A stretch of DNA of 64,000 nt from an uncultured archaeon (lineage in GTDB: Archaea; Asgardarchaeota; Thorarchaeia; Thorarchaeales; Thorarchaeaceae): positions 4,587-68,586 of the forward strand of contig CAZPWM010000003.1 of assembly GCA_964590575.1 (NCBI GenBank), read 5' to 3'. Under the pieces are notes generated by a model. The model saw only the letters and a list, made by a program, of their open reading frames with translations, was not told where the DNA came from and searched no databases. Below are positions 26,500 to 36,597 of the stretch, piece by piece (positions within the stretch are counted from its first letter, which is position 1; the number at the start of each line of letters is the position of its first letter). The translations under genes and the position numbers were made by a program.

Positions 26500-28320
26500 A
26501 TGCGTATCGCGATTGTTGACAAGTACCGATGTAGACCAAAGGATTGTACTCATGAATGCCAAAGATTCTGTCCACGGGTCAGGACAGGTGACGAGACCGT
26601 TGTTTTTCCAGACGGCCCCGATAAGCCGCCCGTTATAGTGGAATCTCTGTGTTCTGGCGAGGCAATCTGCGTCAAGAAATGTCCGTACAATGTCATTCGA
26701 ATTGTAAACCTGCCTGAGGAACTAGAGAGCGAGACTAGCCATCGTTATAGCGTCAATGGATTCAAACTGTTCAGACTTCCAATCCCTAAAGAGGGTCAGG
26801 TACTTGGTCTCATCGGCCCAAATGGTGTAGGCAAAACCACTGCTGTGAGGATACTTGCAGGCGAGCTGACTCCTAACATGGGGCGTATTGATAACCCTCC
26901 TGACTGGAATGAGATTATCACCGCGTATCGTGGTTCTGAACTCCAACCATTCTTCGAGAAGATACAGACTGGCTCACTGGTGCCCATTCTGAAGCCCCAA
27001 AACATCACAGATCTGCCTAAGGTTAAAGAACTAGCCGACCGACCAATAAGCGATCTTTTAGAATCCTCTGACTCATCAGGTAGACTAAAAGATCTCAAGG
27101 ATGATATGAACCTCACCGAGATCTGGGACCGACCAATCAAGTTTCTGAGCGGTGGGGAGCTTCAACGAGTCGCTGTCACAGCTGCAATCGTCCGGGAGGG
27201 TGAAATATACTTCTTTGATGAACCCACTGCTTACCTGGATGTCCGGGAACGCCTTCGGATGGCTCGAGCCATTCGTAAACTGTCTTCTCTAGGTAAAACC
27301 ATTATTGTTGTTGAGCATGACCTTTCCATTCTGGACTATGTTTCTGATCTAGTCTGTATGTTTTATGGAAACCCTGGTGTCTATGGGATTATATCACACC
27401 CTCATGGGACACGAGTCGGTGTGAACATCTTCCTTGATGGTTTCATCCCTGATGAAAATATGAGGTTCCGTGATACATCAATCTCGTTCAAGGGGATGAG
27501 CGCTGATGACGAGGAATATCTGTCAAAAGAGGCCATGGTCGAGTACGGTGATATGAAGAAGAGCTTTGAGGACTTCACACTTGAGATAAAGGGCGGACGA
27601 GTTTCAAAGGGTCAGATTGTTGGGATACTAGGCGCGAACGGCATAGGTAAGACAACCTTTGTTCGAATGCTTGCTGGAGAGCTGGAACCTGATGAAGGTG
27701 AGGTTCCTACTAAAACAGTTACAGGTATGGACCTTAGAATCAGTTACAAACCACAATACATTCCCTCAGACTTCGAGGGAAACCTTAGAATGTATCTTCG
27801 CTCTGCTGGAGGTAGCACTGCTGATTCCGCAGACTTCAAAACCTCCGTGATAAAGAAACTCGAACTTGAGCATCTCCTGGACCATAATATACCGGACCTC
27901 AGTGGAGGAGAGTTACAGAGGGCGGCTATTGCTGCGTGTCTTGCACGAGAGGCTGACATCTATCTCTTCGACGAACCCTCGGCGTTTCTAGACATCGAAC
28001 AAAGGCTTGCCAGTTCTCGTGCAATACGTAGAATGGTCAGGACCAGCATGAAGACTGCCTTCATAGTTGAGCACTCTATCCTAATGGCCGACTATCTCAG
28101 TGATAGTCTTGTAGTTTTTGGAGGCGTTCCTGGGAAGTCTGGGTTTGCATCATCCGTCAGAACTCTTCGAAGTGGTATGAACATGTTCCTGAAGGAGATG
28201 GGCGTAACCTTCAGAAGAGACCCTCAGACTGGACGACCAAGGGTCAACAAGGATGGTTCTCAGCTAGACTCGCAGCAGAAAGCATCAGGTGAGTATTATT
28301 ACGTTGGAAAGGGCGATTAA
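26500..28320 (+). CDS. rli: ribosome recycling factor ABCE1/RLI
   Basis: N-terminal Fe-S domain, two NBDs (GPNGVGKTT, GANGIGKTT, LSGGELQR twice), FRRDPQTGRPRVNK. ATG at 26500. Confidence 0.97.
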   Translation: MRIAIVDKYRCRPKDCTHECQRFCPRVRTGDETVVFPDGPDKPPVIVESLCSGEAICVKKCPYNVIRIVNLPEELESETSHRYSVNGFKLFRLPIPKEGQVLGLIGPNGVGKTTAVRILAGELTPNMGRIDNPPDWNEIITAYRGSELQPFFEKIQTGSLVPILKPQNITDLPKVKELADRPISDLLESSDSSGRLKDLKDDMNLTEIWDRPIKFLSGGELQRVAVTAAIVREGEIYFFDEPTAYLDVRERLRMARAIRKLSSLGKTIIVVEHDLSILDYVSDLVCMFYGNPGVYGIISHPHGTRVGVNIFLDGFIPDENMRFRDTSISFKGMSADDEEYLSKEAMVEYGDMKKSFEDFTLEIKGGRVSKGQIVGILGANGIGKTTFVRMLAGELEPDEGEVPTKTVTGMDLRISYKPQYIPSDFEGNLRMYLRSAGGSTADSADFKTSVIKKLELEHLLDHNIPDLSGGELQRAAIAACLAREADIYLFDEPSAFLDIEQRLASSRAIRRMVRTSMKTAFIVEHSILMADYLSDSLVVFGGVPGKSGFASSVRTLRSGMNMFLKEMGVTFRRDPQTGRPRVNKDGSQLDSQQKASGEYYYVGKGD

Positions 28321-28365
28321 GGTTCTAATTCTTGATTGTCTTGTACAATCGTGATTTTGCAGTTG

Positions 28366-28548
28366 TCACATCTTTTTTGCTTTCAGATACTCCCAATTAG
28401 CAAAACTTCGAGCGAGTCTAATATTCCCTCCGCCAGTCCTAATCAGAAGTCTTGGAGACTTCTTAGTCCACCAACTCACGTTATTTCCAGCAAGAAATCC
28501 ACTTTCCATCAGTGATCTACAATATGGACACGTACTACCAACCATCAT
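28366..28548 (-). CDS. small zinc-ribbon-like protein (DUF6487/PF20097-like)
   Basis: CPYC..LMESGFL....SWW pattern. Confidence 0.55.
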   Translation of the reverse strand: MMVGSTCPYCRSLMESGFLAGNNVSWWTKKSPRLLIRTGGGNIRLARSFANWEYLKAKKM

Positions 28549-29366
28549 AGCCTACGGCTCCAGTATTTCTTTCCTGCCTTCTCCTTATCCATTTCAGAAA
28601 GTATCTTTACAGCTTCGTTCCCACACTTGATGACATCTAACTCCCCCTTCACTGCAAATTCATCATGTACCCTGTTTGCATATACCGCGCATGCTGCACC
28701 AGTTCTGAATCCATAGATATTCCCCAGTGTGAAGAGTGTCGCAGCCTCCATCTCAAAATTGGTCACATTGGCTTTAGTGAGGTCTCTGATTAGGGTGTCA
28801 CTCATGCTCTGGGTATAACCACCGAAACCAGGACGTGACTGTCCGAGGTAGAATGAGTCCGTTGAAGCGGAGATTCCTAGATGATACTTTACTCCGAGAG
28901 TCTCTGCAGCCTCAACAAATGCTAGTACAACTTCATAGGACGCTGAAGCAGGATACTCAGGTCTAACATACTGCTTACTAGTACCATCTAATCGGACTGC
29001 TGCAGTAGAGATGATGATATCCCCAATATCGATATGTTCTTTCAGCGTTGCACACGAGCCAACACGTAGAAAGGTATCTGCTCCAACATTTGCTAGTTCC
29101 TCAATCACAATGGCTGTACCCGGTCCCCCTATCCCCGTGGAACATGCGGAAATATCTGCACCCTTGTATTTTCCGGTGTGTGTGACAAATTGCCTATGCA
29201 AAGCAACCTCTTTTGACTCATCCCAGAGCGAACTGATTCGCTCCACTCTCTGAGGGTCTCCAGGTATCAGCACAGATTTAGCTACATCACCTTTCTTTAC
29301 TTCAAGATGATACTGTTCTCTATCTTCGGTAACCGGTCTGGTAGCAGAGATCTTCTTGTCAGTCAT
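28545..29366 (-). CDS. udp: uridine phosphorylase
   Basis: QYHL, PGDPQRV, HRQF, STGIGGP, RVGSC, YLGQSR, NFEME. ATG at 29366. Confidence 0.92.
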   Translation of the reverse strand: MTDKKISATRPVTEDREQYHLEVKKGDVAKSVLIPGDPQRVERISSLWDESKEVALHRQFVTHTGKYKGADISACSTGIGGPGTAIVIEELANVGADTFLRVGSCATLKEHIDIGDIIISTAAVRLDGTSKQYVRPEYPASASYEVVLAFVEAAETLGVKYHLGISASTDSFYLGQSRPGFGGYTQSMSDTLIRDLTKANVTNFEMEAATLFTLGNIYGFRTGAACAVYANRVHDEFAVKGELDVIKCGNEAVKILSEMDKEKAGKKYWSRRL

Positions 29367-29476
29367 GAGAATACACATGTATACCACATAAACACAGAGA
29401 TTTGTTACTTTCGCATCACTCGCTAAGCATATAGGGGAAGTCATCTTCTACTGACAACTGTTCGAGGTCAATTAAC

Positions 29477-30364
29477 ATGGCAAATCTTGACGATTTACAC
29501 CATTTAAATCTGGGAAAACGGACACGACTTCATCGAATGATGTATGAACATGGTCCTGGAAATGGAACACTCTTGATACTCCCTATTGATCAGGGAATGG
29601 AGCACGGTCCTGTTGATTTCTTCACTGATCATGACTGTCTGAATCCAGAATATCAGTTTAAACTTGCAGTGGAGGGAGGATACTCAGGTATCGCCTTACA
29701 TCTAGGGCTTGCTGAGAAATACGGTCCAAAATTTGCTGGTAAGATTCCTATTGTGCTGAAGATTAATGGAAAGACACGTATTCCCAGTGGAAATGAACCT
29801 ATTTCAGCCATGACCGGATCGGTCGAGGATGCAGTCCGAATTGGTGCAGACGCAGTTGGATATACCCTCTATGTTGGGAGTCCCAAACAGCACGCAGACT
29901 TTACCCAGTTTAGAAAGGTAAAGGAGGATGCTGAACGATATGGAATACCAATCATCGTCTGGGCATATCCAAGAGGAGATGCTGTTGAGTCGAAAGGCGG
30001 CCGTGACTCTCTATATGCCATAGATTATGCGGCGAGGGTTGCTGATGAACTTGGAGCAGATGTTGTCAAGCTGAATGTACCTTTGACAAGCACAAAGAGT
30101 AGGTCTATGCAACCACCGCCTTATGACACACTCAATCTCAGTACTGAGGAAATAGTAGCAAAGGTAGTAAAGTCTGCAGGTAAAGCACTAGTCATATTTT
30201 CTGGTGGAGGAATGGCTACTGATGAAGAAGTCATCCAACGTGCAAAGATATGCATGGAACAAGGGGCTACTGGCTTGATCTTTGGACGAAACCTCTGGCA
30301 AAGAGATTGGGATGATGCCCTGAGAATGACGAAGACATTGAAAGATGTCATATTGAAGGTCTAA
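29477..30364 (+). CDS. fbaB: class I fructose-bisphosphate aldolase (DhnA/FbaB family)
   Basis: LPIDQGMEHGP, GADAVGYT, WAYPRG, Schiff-base Lys in DVVKL, FGRN.WQ. Confidence 0.85.
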   Translation: MANLDDLHHLNLGKRTRLHRMMYEHGPGNGTLLILPIDQGMEHGPVDFFTDHDCLNPEYQFKLAVEGGYSGIALHLGLAEKYGPKFAGKIPIVLKINGKTRIPSGNEPISAMTGSVEDAVRIGADAVGYTLYVGSPKQHADFTQFRKVKEDAERYGIPIIVWAYPRGDAVESKGGRDSLYAIDYAARVADELGADVVKLNVPLTSTKSRSMQPPPYDTLNLSTEEIVAKVVKSAGKALVIFSGGGMATDEEVIQRAKICMEQGATGLIFGRNLWQRDWDDALRMTKTLKDVILKV

Positions 30365-30496
30365 GATGCAAGTGATTCCCATTTCATACACGTTTCACTA
30401 AATGAGAACTATTATATGTGTAAAGAATAGATGAAGGACTCAGAGAGTTCCGGTCTTGGAGCTCAAACTATCATCAAGAGAAGGAGAAAGTTTCCG

Positions 30497-31645
30497 ATGG
30501 TTGAAACTACCATTAGTGTAATCAAAGCAGACATTGGTTCATTAGCTGGCCACATCATTGTACCCGACTTCCTCTTCGAGCTGGCGAGGAAGGAGTTGAA
30601 AGAAGGAGTCAATAAGAAAATAATCAATGACTTTTTCGTTTCTAATGCTGGCGATGACCTCGAATTAATCATGACTCACAACAAAGGTGAGGGTGCTGAG
30701 GATGTTCACAAGCTTGCATGGGACACTTTCATGAAGGGTACTGAGCTTGCACGTGAAAAGAAAATCTATGCCGCTGGCCAAGATATGCTAGCAGATACTT
30801 TCAGTGGCAACGTTAAGGGTATGGGTCCAGGCTCCGCTGAGATGGTGATTGAAGAGCGTAGGTCTGAACCTATTGCTATATTCATGGCGGATAAGACAGA
30901 GCCCGGTGCTTTCAATCTCCCTCTATACAAGATTTATGCTGACCCCTTCAATACAGCCGGTCTTGTCATTGATCCTAATCTTCACGATGGTTTCAGATTC
31001 ATCATTCAGGATATAATGAAACAAGTACCTTGTTTCGTTGATATGAAGACTCCTGAAGAGTCATACGATGTCCTTGCACTCCTTGGAAGCACAGGTCGTT
31101 ATACAATAAAGAAAGTCTACCGTGCAGATGGAATGATTACTGCATCAGTCAGTACTGACAAGCTTCACGCGATTGCTGGTAAGTATGTTGGCAAAGATGA
31201 CCCTGTAGCCATTGTCAGGACTCACTCTGGCCTACCTGCTATGGGTGAAGTACTAGAAGCTTTCACCCTGCCACACTTGGTTTCAGGTTGGATGCGTGGT
31301 TCTCATACTGGTCCACTTCTCCCAGTAGGGCTTAAAGATTCACGATGTACACGATTTGATGGTCCACCACGTGTTGTTGCCCTCGGATTCCAAGTATCAA
31401 ATGGCATGCTTGTTGGTCCTGTCGATCTGTTCGACGACGTAGCATTCGATATCACCCGTCAGAGAGGCATGGAAATCGCTGACTATCTTCGACGAATTGG
31501 ACCATTCCAACCACACCGTCTTGGTGAACACGAGATGGAGTACACGACTTTGCCTAAGGTTCTGGCTCGATGTGAAACTCGATTCTCAGAAAAAGAGATT
31601 GTACCAAAGGGTAAAGCCAAGGACACCTCAGGCTCAGCTGAATAA
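30497..31645 (+). CDS. fbp: bifunctional fructose-1,6-bisphosphate aldolase/phosphatase
   Basis: TISVIKADIG, GQD.L.D.FSGNV.GMGPG, DKTEPGAFN, GKYVGKDDP, GWMRGSH, FDGPP. ATG at 30497. Confidence 0.96.
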   Translation: MVETTISVIKADIGSLAGHIIVPDFLFELARKELKEGVNKKIINDFFVSNAGDDLELIMTHNKGEGAEDVHKLAWDTFMKGTELAREKKIYAAGQDMLADTFSGNVKGMGPGSAEMVIEERRSEPIAIFMADKTEPGAFNLPLYKIYADPFNTAGLVIDPNLHDGFRFIIQDIMKQVPCFVDMKTPEESYDVLALLGSTGRYTIKKVYRADGMITASVSTDKLHAIAGKYVGKDDPVAIVRTHSGLPAMGEVLEAFTLPHLVSGWMRGSHTGPLLPVGLKDSRCTRFDGPPRVVALGFQVSNGMLVGPVDLFDDVAFDITRQRGMEIADYLRRIGPFQPHRLGEHEMEYTTLPKVLARCETRFSEKEIVPKGKAKDTSGSAE

Positions 31646-31647
31646 TT

Positions 31648-31672
31648 GAGAGTGGGACCTTGAGCCCCTCTC
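31648..31672 (+). terminator. hairpin after fbp
   Basis: GAGAG-t-GGG...CCC-CTCTC immediately after the stop codon. Confidence 0.45.
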
Positions 31673-31943
31673 TATCATTCTATTAGAAAAACAGATGGCT
31701 GATTAGTCAGTTCGTTTAATGATGGATACTCTACAGAATTGTCTATCTACATAAGTATAACCCGCAATTCATAGGTTTAGAATCAAATAGAACGCATTCA
31801 AATAAGGTTATCAATTGAATCTTCAATTGAAAATAGAGCATCTTTTGCTCCTGGGGAATTTCTGAGATTGTGGACTGCCTTGTATACACACATGATAGAA
31901 AATTTATAGGACCAGATCATGCTGAAAGGTGTGAATTGTAATC

Positions 31944-32354
31944 TTGAAAATATCAAATAAAATGAACAATGCACTTGGATTTCTTGTAGTCATAATTGCA
32001 CTTGCAATTCAAGGTTGGATGACTATCTTCCAAATACCTGTAAGTATCAATGATGTAGGTTATATCTGGTATTCTGCTAGCTTGATTCTACTTTTCCCTG
32101 GGAGTGTCCTCCTTGCCACTACGAACATTATTCGGTTATTCGAGATCTATCACAGAATAAACTATGTAGTAGCCTTGATTGGTCTTATAGGAGCGAGTAC
32201 GCTGTTAGTTTTCAGGGGGTTTTTTGCGAGTTTCCTATTTCCATACGTGTTAATTATATATTTCCTGATTCTTGATTTGTTTTGGATTTTCATGCTTGGA
32301 TTGCTCTTCGGTCGATTCAAAACAGTAGCAAACAAAGCAATAACTGCAAACTAA
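31944..32354 (+). CDS. four-TM hypothetical membrane protein
   Basis: Four hydrophobic helices; AT-rich relative to neighbouring genes. Confidence 0.65.
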   Translation: MKISNKMNNALGFLVVIIALAIQGWMTIFQIPVSINDVGYIWYSASLILLFPGSVLLATTNIIRLFEIYHRINYVVALIGLIGASTLLVFRGFFASFLFPYVLIIYFLILDLFWIFMLGLLFGRFKTVANKAITAN

Positions 32355-32466
32355 GGGTTAATTCTCTCGGTTTCTTTTCTACTAGGCATAATATCTCATT
32401 AATTCAAAATATGGGAACTTCATAATGTGTGTAAGCACGTTTCTTTGACGTGGTAGGCTTCGAGTC

Positions 32467-32757
32467 TTATCCCGTTCTTTTAATGATGTGATAGCCGAAT
32501 TTGGTCTTAACAGGGTCTCTCGTCATTGCTCCAACAGTAAGTCCAAATGCAGCCTTTTCGAATTCAGGCACCATCTGACCTTTTGCGAACCAACCGAGGT
32601 CGCCGCCCTTCTTCTTGGATGGACAAGAGCTATGTCGTTTCGCTACAGTTCCAAAATCTTCACCTTCAGCAATCTTGCTTATCAATGCAAGTGCCTGACT
32701 GTGCTTATCGACCAAAATATGGCTTGCACGGACCTGACCGGGTTTTCCTTTTGCCAT
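32467..32757 (-). CDS. ppiC: parvulin-type peptidyl-prolyl isomerase
   Basis: VRASHILV, HSSCPS..KGGDLGWF..GQMVPEFE.AAF, TKFGYHII. Confidence 0.95.
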   Translation of the reverse strand: MAKGKPGQVRASHILVDKHSQALALISKIAEGEDFGTVAKRHSSCPSKKKGGDLGWFAKGQMVPEFEKAAFGLTVGAMTRDPVKTKFGYHIIKRTG

Positions 32758-32879
32758 GAAAATCACCAAGAATCTGGGTTTGCTACTAGGGTTGTAGTCT
32801 TAAACTTGTCCAAAGGTTACCTACGCGCGGTTTTATGTCGAATCCTGAGATTACTGCTATGCTTGTAGGTTGATGTTGC

Positions 32880-33920
32880 ATGAAAGCTACTGTATTCCAT
32901 AAACATGGTTCCCCGGATGTGTTGACGTATGAAAACTTTCCTGATCCCGAGGTTGGATTGAATCAAGTGCTTGTGGATGTGAAGGCAGTTGCACTCAATC
33001 ATCTGGATCTGTTTGTACGAGGTGGAATTCCAGGGCTCAAGCTCGAGATGCCCCACATTCTTGGTAGTGACATATCTGGAGTGATTAAAGAAACTGGGAA
33101 CGCCGTCAGCGATGAGCTTCAACCAGGGCAGAAAGTGATAATCGATCCAGGTCGATCCTGTGGGGTCTGCGAATATTGCATTCGTGGTGAAGAGTCACTC
33201 TGTGCTGAGTATGGGATAATCGGAGAACACTACCGAGGAGGCTATGCAGAGCTCATCTCAGTGGATGCAAAGAATGCGATACCCATTCCAGAATCTAGTG
33301 AACTGAACTTCAATCAAGCAGCTGCGACACCTTTGACGTTTATGACCGCCTGGCGGACGCTCGTATCCAAGGCTCGTGTTAAACCGGGTGATGATGTTCT
33401 GATAATTGGGATTGGAGGAGGCGTGGCATTGGCAGCATTGCAGATTGCCAAACTTGCAGGGGCTCGAGTGATTGTCACGAGTTCCTCCGACGAAAAGTTA
33501 GAGAAGGCTCTCAAATTAGGTTCAACTATTGGAATCAACCACCGCACGAATCCCGACTTTCACAAAGAAGTATATGCGTTTACAAATCGACGTGGGGTAG
33601 ATGTTGTCGTTGACTCAGTGGGCGAAGCCACCTGGGAGAAGAGTCTACGAAGCCTAACCAAAGGTGGAAGACTAGTCACATGCGGTGCAACATCCGGACC
33701 TAAGGCGACGATCAATCTCAACCTGCTATTCTGGAAACAATTCGAAATCATTGGTTCTACTATGGGGAGTCGGTCAGAACTTCGCGATGTCCTAAAACTT
33801 GTTTGGAATGGAGAGCTCAACCCCATCGTGGATCGCGTTTTTCCTCTTTCAAAAGCTCAAGGAGCTCATGAGATTCTGGAAAAAGGAGAGCAATTCGGAA
33901 AGTTGGTCCTAAATCCATAA
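32880..33920 (+). CDS. zinc-binding dehydrogenase / quinone oxidoreductase-like MDR protein
   Basis: ALNHLD, LGSD.SG, CGVCEYC....SLC, GIGGGVA, GSTMG. Confidence 0.92.
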   Translation: MKATVFHKHGSPDVLTYENFPDPEVGLNQVLVDVKAVALNHLDLFVRGGIPGLKLEMPHILGSDISGVIKETGNAVSDELQPGQKVIIDPGRSCGVCEYCIRGEESLCAEYGIIGEHYRGGYAELISVDAKNAIPIPESSELNFNQAAATPLTFMTAWRTLVSKARVKPGDDVLIIGIGGGVALAALQIAKLAGARVIVTSSSDEKLEKALKLGSTIGINHRTNPDFHKEVYAFTNRRGVDVVVDSVGEATWEKSLRSLTKGGRLVTCGATSGPKATINLNLLFWKQFEIIGSTMGSRSELRDVLKLVWNGELNPIVDRVFPLSKAQGAHEILEKGEQFGKLVLNP

Positions 33921-34001
33921 CCTACCCTGTATTACCCCGATACGCACCACAATCAGACACCGGTTCATTATGGTCCATGTAGTGGAATGTCTTGGTGTAG
34001 A

Positions 34002-34232
34002 ATGAGAGTCGTCACTATCTGCCTCCCAGAGTCTTATGTTGAAGGTGTTGACAAGCTGATTGGTCAAAACAAATATCCCAATCGCTCAGAAGTCATCAGA
34101 ATTGCAATTCGAGACCTACTTGTTGATGAGCTCTGGGGTGATCGTAAACCCTCTAACAGCTTGCCTCTCGTTGCACAACTTCAGCAACAAGCTCTGGTGC
34201 AGAAGCTGCCACAAGAACCCATATCAGAATAG
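34002..34232 (+). CDS. CopG/ribbon-helix-helix transcriptional regulator
   Basis: VVTICLP...D.L...YPNRSEVIRIAIRDLL. Confidence 0.9.
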   Translation: MRVVTICLPESYVEGVDKLIGQNKYPNRSEVIRIAIRDLLVDELWGDRKPSNSLPLVAQLQQQALVQKLPQEPISE

Positions 34233-34349
34233 ATACAACTGAGCTATCTTTTTCTAGGTCAAGATACAACACTTTCAGGAGCAAGAAGGGGACCATAGTG
34301 CTCCAAAGGAACAAACATTGCTCACTCTCGATTAGGAGCAAACTCAAAA

Positions 34350-34889
34350 ATGTCACGATTCTTCCGAAGAAAGAAAGACGAAAAAAAGCCAGAAATTGAA
34401 GATGCACCAGATGAAAATTTAGATGCTGTTGCTGAAGTTGAAGAATCAGCAACTGAAGTTACAGAACCAATACCAGAGGGCAGAGGAGATACAATACCCT
34501 ATCACGACTCTATTCAAGATCGAATAGTATACATGCTTAACGATGCAAAGATGGCTGACGGTTTAGAAGGTACACATGAGTTCACTCTCGAGTTCATGGC
34601 AATGGGTGAACGTTTCTGGATTGGAAAGGTTGCCCTTGGCGCAATTGAGACTAAGATTGGCAAAGCTGCTGATGAAGATGCCCACATAAGAATCTCGAAT
34701 GATGCTGTCAGCGAGCTACTCAATGCAGCCACTTTCTCAGAATTTTCACGTCTTTATCTACAGTACTACAAGACCTCTGATGCTGGAAAGTTCATCAAAA
34801 TTGAAGCCCGAAAGCCAATCTCTGATATGAACCGCCGAGGATACGCTCGGGTTCCAGTGCTGAAGTTACTCATTGGTGCTGCGCGATAG
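34350..34889 (+). CDS. hypothetical protein with a possible SCP2-like lipid-binding fold
   Basis: Acidic N-terminus, then TKIGKAADEDAHIRISNDAVSELL, resembling the SCP2 G....D..I.M/IS...LL pattern. Confidence 0.55.
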   Translation: MSRFFRRKKDEKKPEIEDAPDENLDAVAEVEESATEVTEPIPEGRGDTIPYHDSIQDRIVYMLNDAKMADGLEGTHEFTLEFMAMGERFWIGKVALGAIETKIGKAADEDAHIRISNDAVSELLNAATFSEFSRLYLQYYKTSDAGKFIKIEARKPISDMNRRGYARVPVLKLLIGAAR

Positions 34890-34958
34890 ATTAGAACTCT
34901 CTAGCAATAGTTTAAAATCAGGCATGAAACCCATCTGAAACATTCAGGTGGTAGTATC

Positions 34959-35642
34959 TTGTCCGATATCAAGACCCCCGTGGTCATAATCAACTTCAAG
35001 ACATATCCGCAAGCCACAGGTGAAAAAGCTGTAACTCTTGCTAAGTCATGTGAAGCAGTGTCACTGGAATTTAACGTACCCATCGTGGTCGCACCTCAGA
35101 TTTCAGATCTTTACAGAGTTGTACAGGCTGTTGATATCCCGGTGTTCTCACAGCACATGGACCCTGGTGAGCAAGGACGGTTCACTGGTCATGTTCTCGG
35201 AGAAGCTCTTGTTGAGGCTGGATGTGCTGGAACGCTTCTGAATCACTCTGAAAATAGGATGCAACTTGCTGATGTCGAACTAGCAGTTACAAAGGCAAGT
35301 AAATTGAAACTCTACACTGTTGTATGCACAAATAATCCTGCAGTAAGTGTTGCTGCGGCTACAATGAAACCAAACTCAGTTGCAGTCGAACCTCCCGAGC
35401 TCATAGGTTCAGGAATCTCTGTTTCCCAAGCACAACCAGAAGTGATCAGTGGTACGGTTGATCTAATTCGCAAAGTAAACAAAGAAGTAGTCATCCTTTG
35501 CGGTGCAGGTATCAGCAATGGCGATGATGTTACTGCAGCCATGAAGCTTGGTTCTCAAGGAGTCCTTCTTGCTTCAGCCGTCGCAAAATCCGACAAACCT
35601 GCTGATGTCCTAAAGAGCTTAGCAGGACCATTAAGAAAATAG
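34959..35642 (+). CDS. tpiA: triosephosphate isomerase (archaeal type)
   Basis: INFKTY, SQHMD, LLNHSE, AVEPPELIGSG, CGAGI, GVLLAS. Confidence 0.97.
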   Translation: MSDIKTPVVIINFKTYPQATGEKAVTLAKSCEAVSLEFNVPIVVAPQISDLYRVVQAVDIPVFSQHMDPGEQGRFTGHVLGEALVEAGCAGTLLNHSENRMQLADVELAVTKASKLKLYTVVCTNNPAVSVAAATMKPNSVAVEPPELIGSGISVSQAQPEVISGTVDLIRKVNKEVVILCGAGISNGDDVTAAMKLGSQGVLLASAVAKSDKPADVLKSLAGPLRK

Positions 35643-35698
35643 TCCCTTCCGGTTGATTTTTCACGGTGCATTAGAGCGCCTCGCATAGGCGATTCAAT

Positions 35699-36592
35699 TT
35701 GAAAGTGACCTTGGAGTGTGCACACTGTCTGCTTGAAAGAGCAATCAATCAGATAAAGCTGGCCACGGATGATCCTGCCCTCAGAATGAGAGTAGTTGAA
35801 GCAATGACACAATTCCTAGGTGAGAACTTCAATGGTGATGCTGTTCCCAGTCATATTGGCACAGACAGAGACCTTCTCGTACAAGAAATGACTGGAAATG
35901 ACCCATATAAAGAACTCAAACATGAATCAAATGAGATGGCACTCGGTATTCTCCCTGAGCTCCAGAAGCTTGTGGATGAGCATGACGATCCAATAATGCG
36001 ATTTCGTACAGCCACATTGATTACCGCTGCCGCCAACGCGATAGAATTTGATGTTTCTGGTCGTGAGTTCAGCCTCGACGAATTGCGGTTGATTATTGAT
36101 AACGTTGAAGCAGACCTTGCTATTGACCAAGTGGAAGAATTCATGTCCTTCCTAGGTGATGTGAAGGAGGTCCTCTTATTACATGACCACGCTGGTGAGG
36201 TTGTCTTAGACATGATTCTCATCCGTGAGATCAGACGTATTGGCCCCAAAGTCATAGCCGTTGTCAAAGGCGGACCAATCTTGAATGATGCTACAATGGT
36301 TGATGCTGAAGAAGTAGGTCTGTCCGATTATGCTGATGAAGTCCGAGATACAGGTGCGGCGGCAATCGGAGTAAATTTGGAACGCAATTCGGAGGAGTTC
36401 AAGAAACTGTTCTTGTCAGCTGAACTCATAGTAGCAAAGGGTATGGGAAACTTCGAATCATTAACAGAGTTTGATCCCTTTTGTCCCACTGTCCATATCA
36501 TGAGGACAAAATGCAATCCAGTTGCTCAGCATGTTGGAGTACCTCGGAACAAGAATGTGGTAATGATACGAATGCCACCAGATACAGACTAA
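35699..36592 (+). CDS. DUF89/ARMT1-like damage-control phosphatase
   Basis: ECAHC, AANAIEF, DHAGEVVLD, PILNDAT, KGMGNFE. Confidence 0.92.
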   Translation: MKVTLECAHCLLERAINQIKLATDDPALRMRVVEAMTQFLGENFNGDAVPSHIGTDRDLLVQEMTGNDPYKELKHESNEMALGILPELQKLVDEHDDPIMRFRTATLITAAANAIEFDVSGREFSLDELRLIIDNVEADLAIDQVEEFMSFLGDVKEVLLLHDHAGEVVLDMILIREIRRIGPKVIAVVKGGPILNDATMVDAEEVGLSDYADEVRDTGAAAIGVNLERNSEEFKKLFLSAELIVAKGMGNFESLTEFDPFCPTVHIMRTKCNPVAQHVGVPRNKNVVMIRMPPDTD

Positions 36593-36597
36593 CTGTC

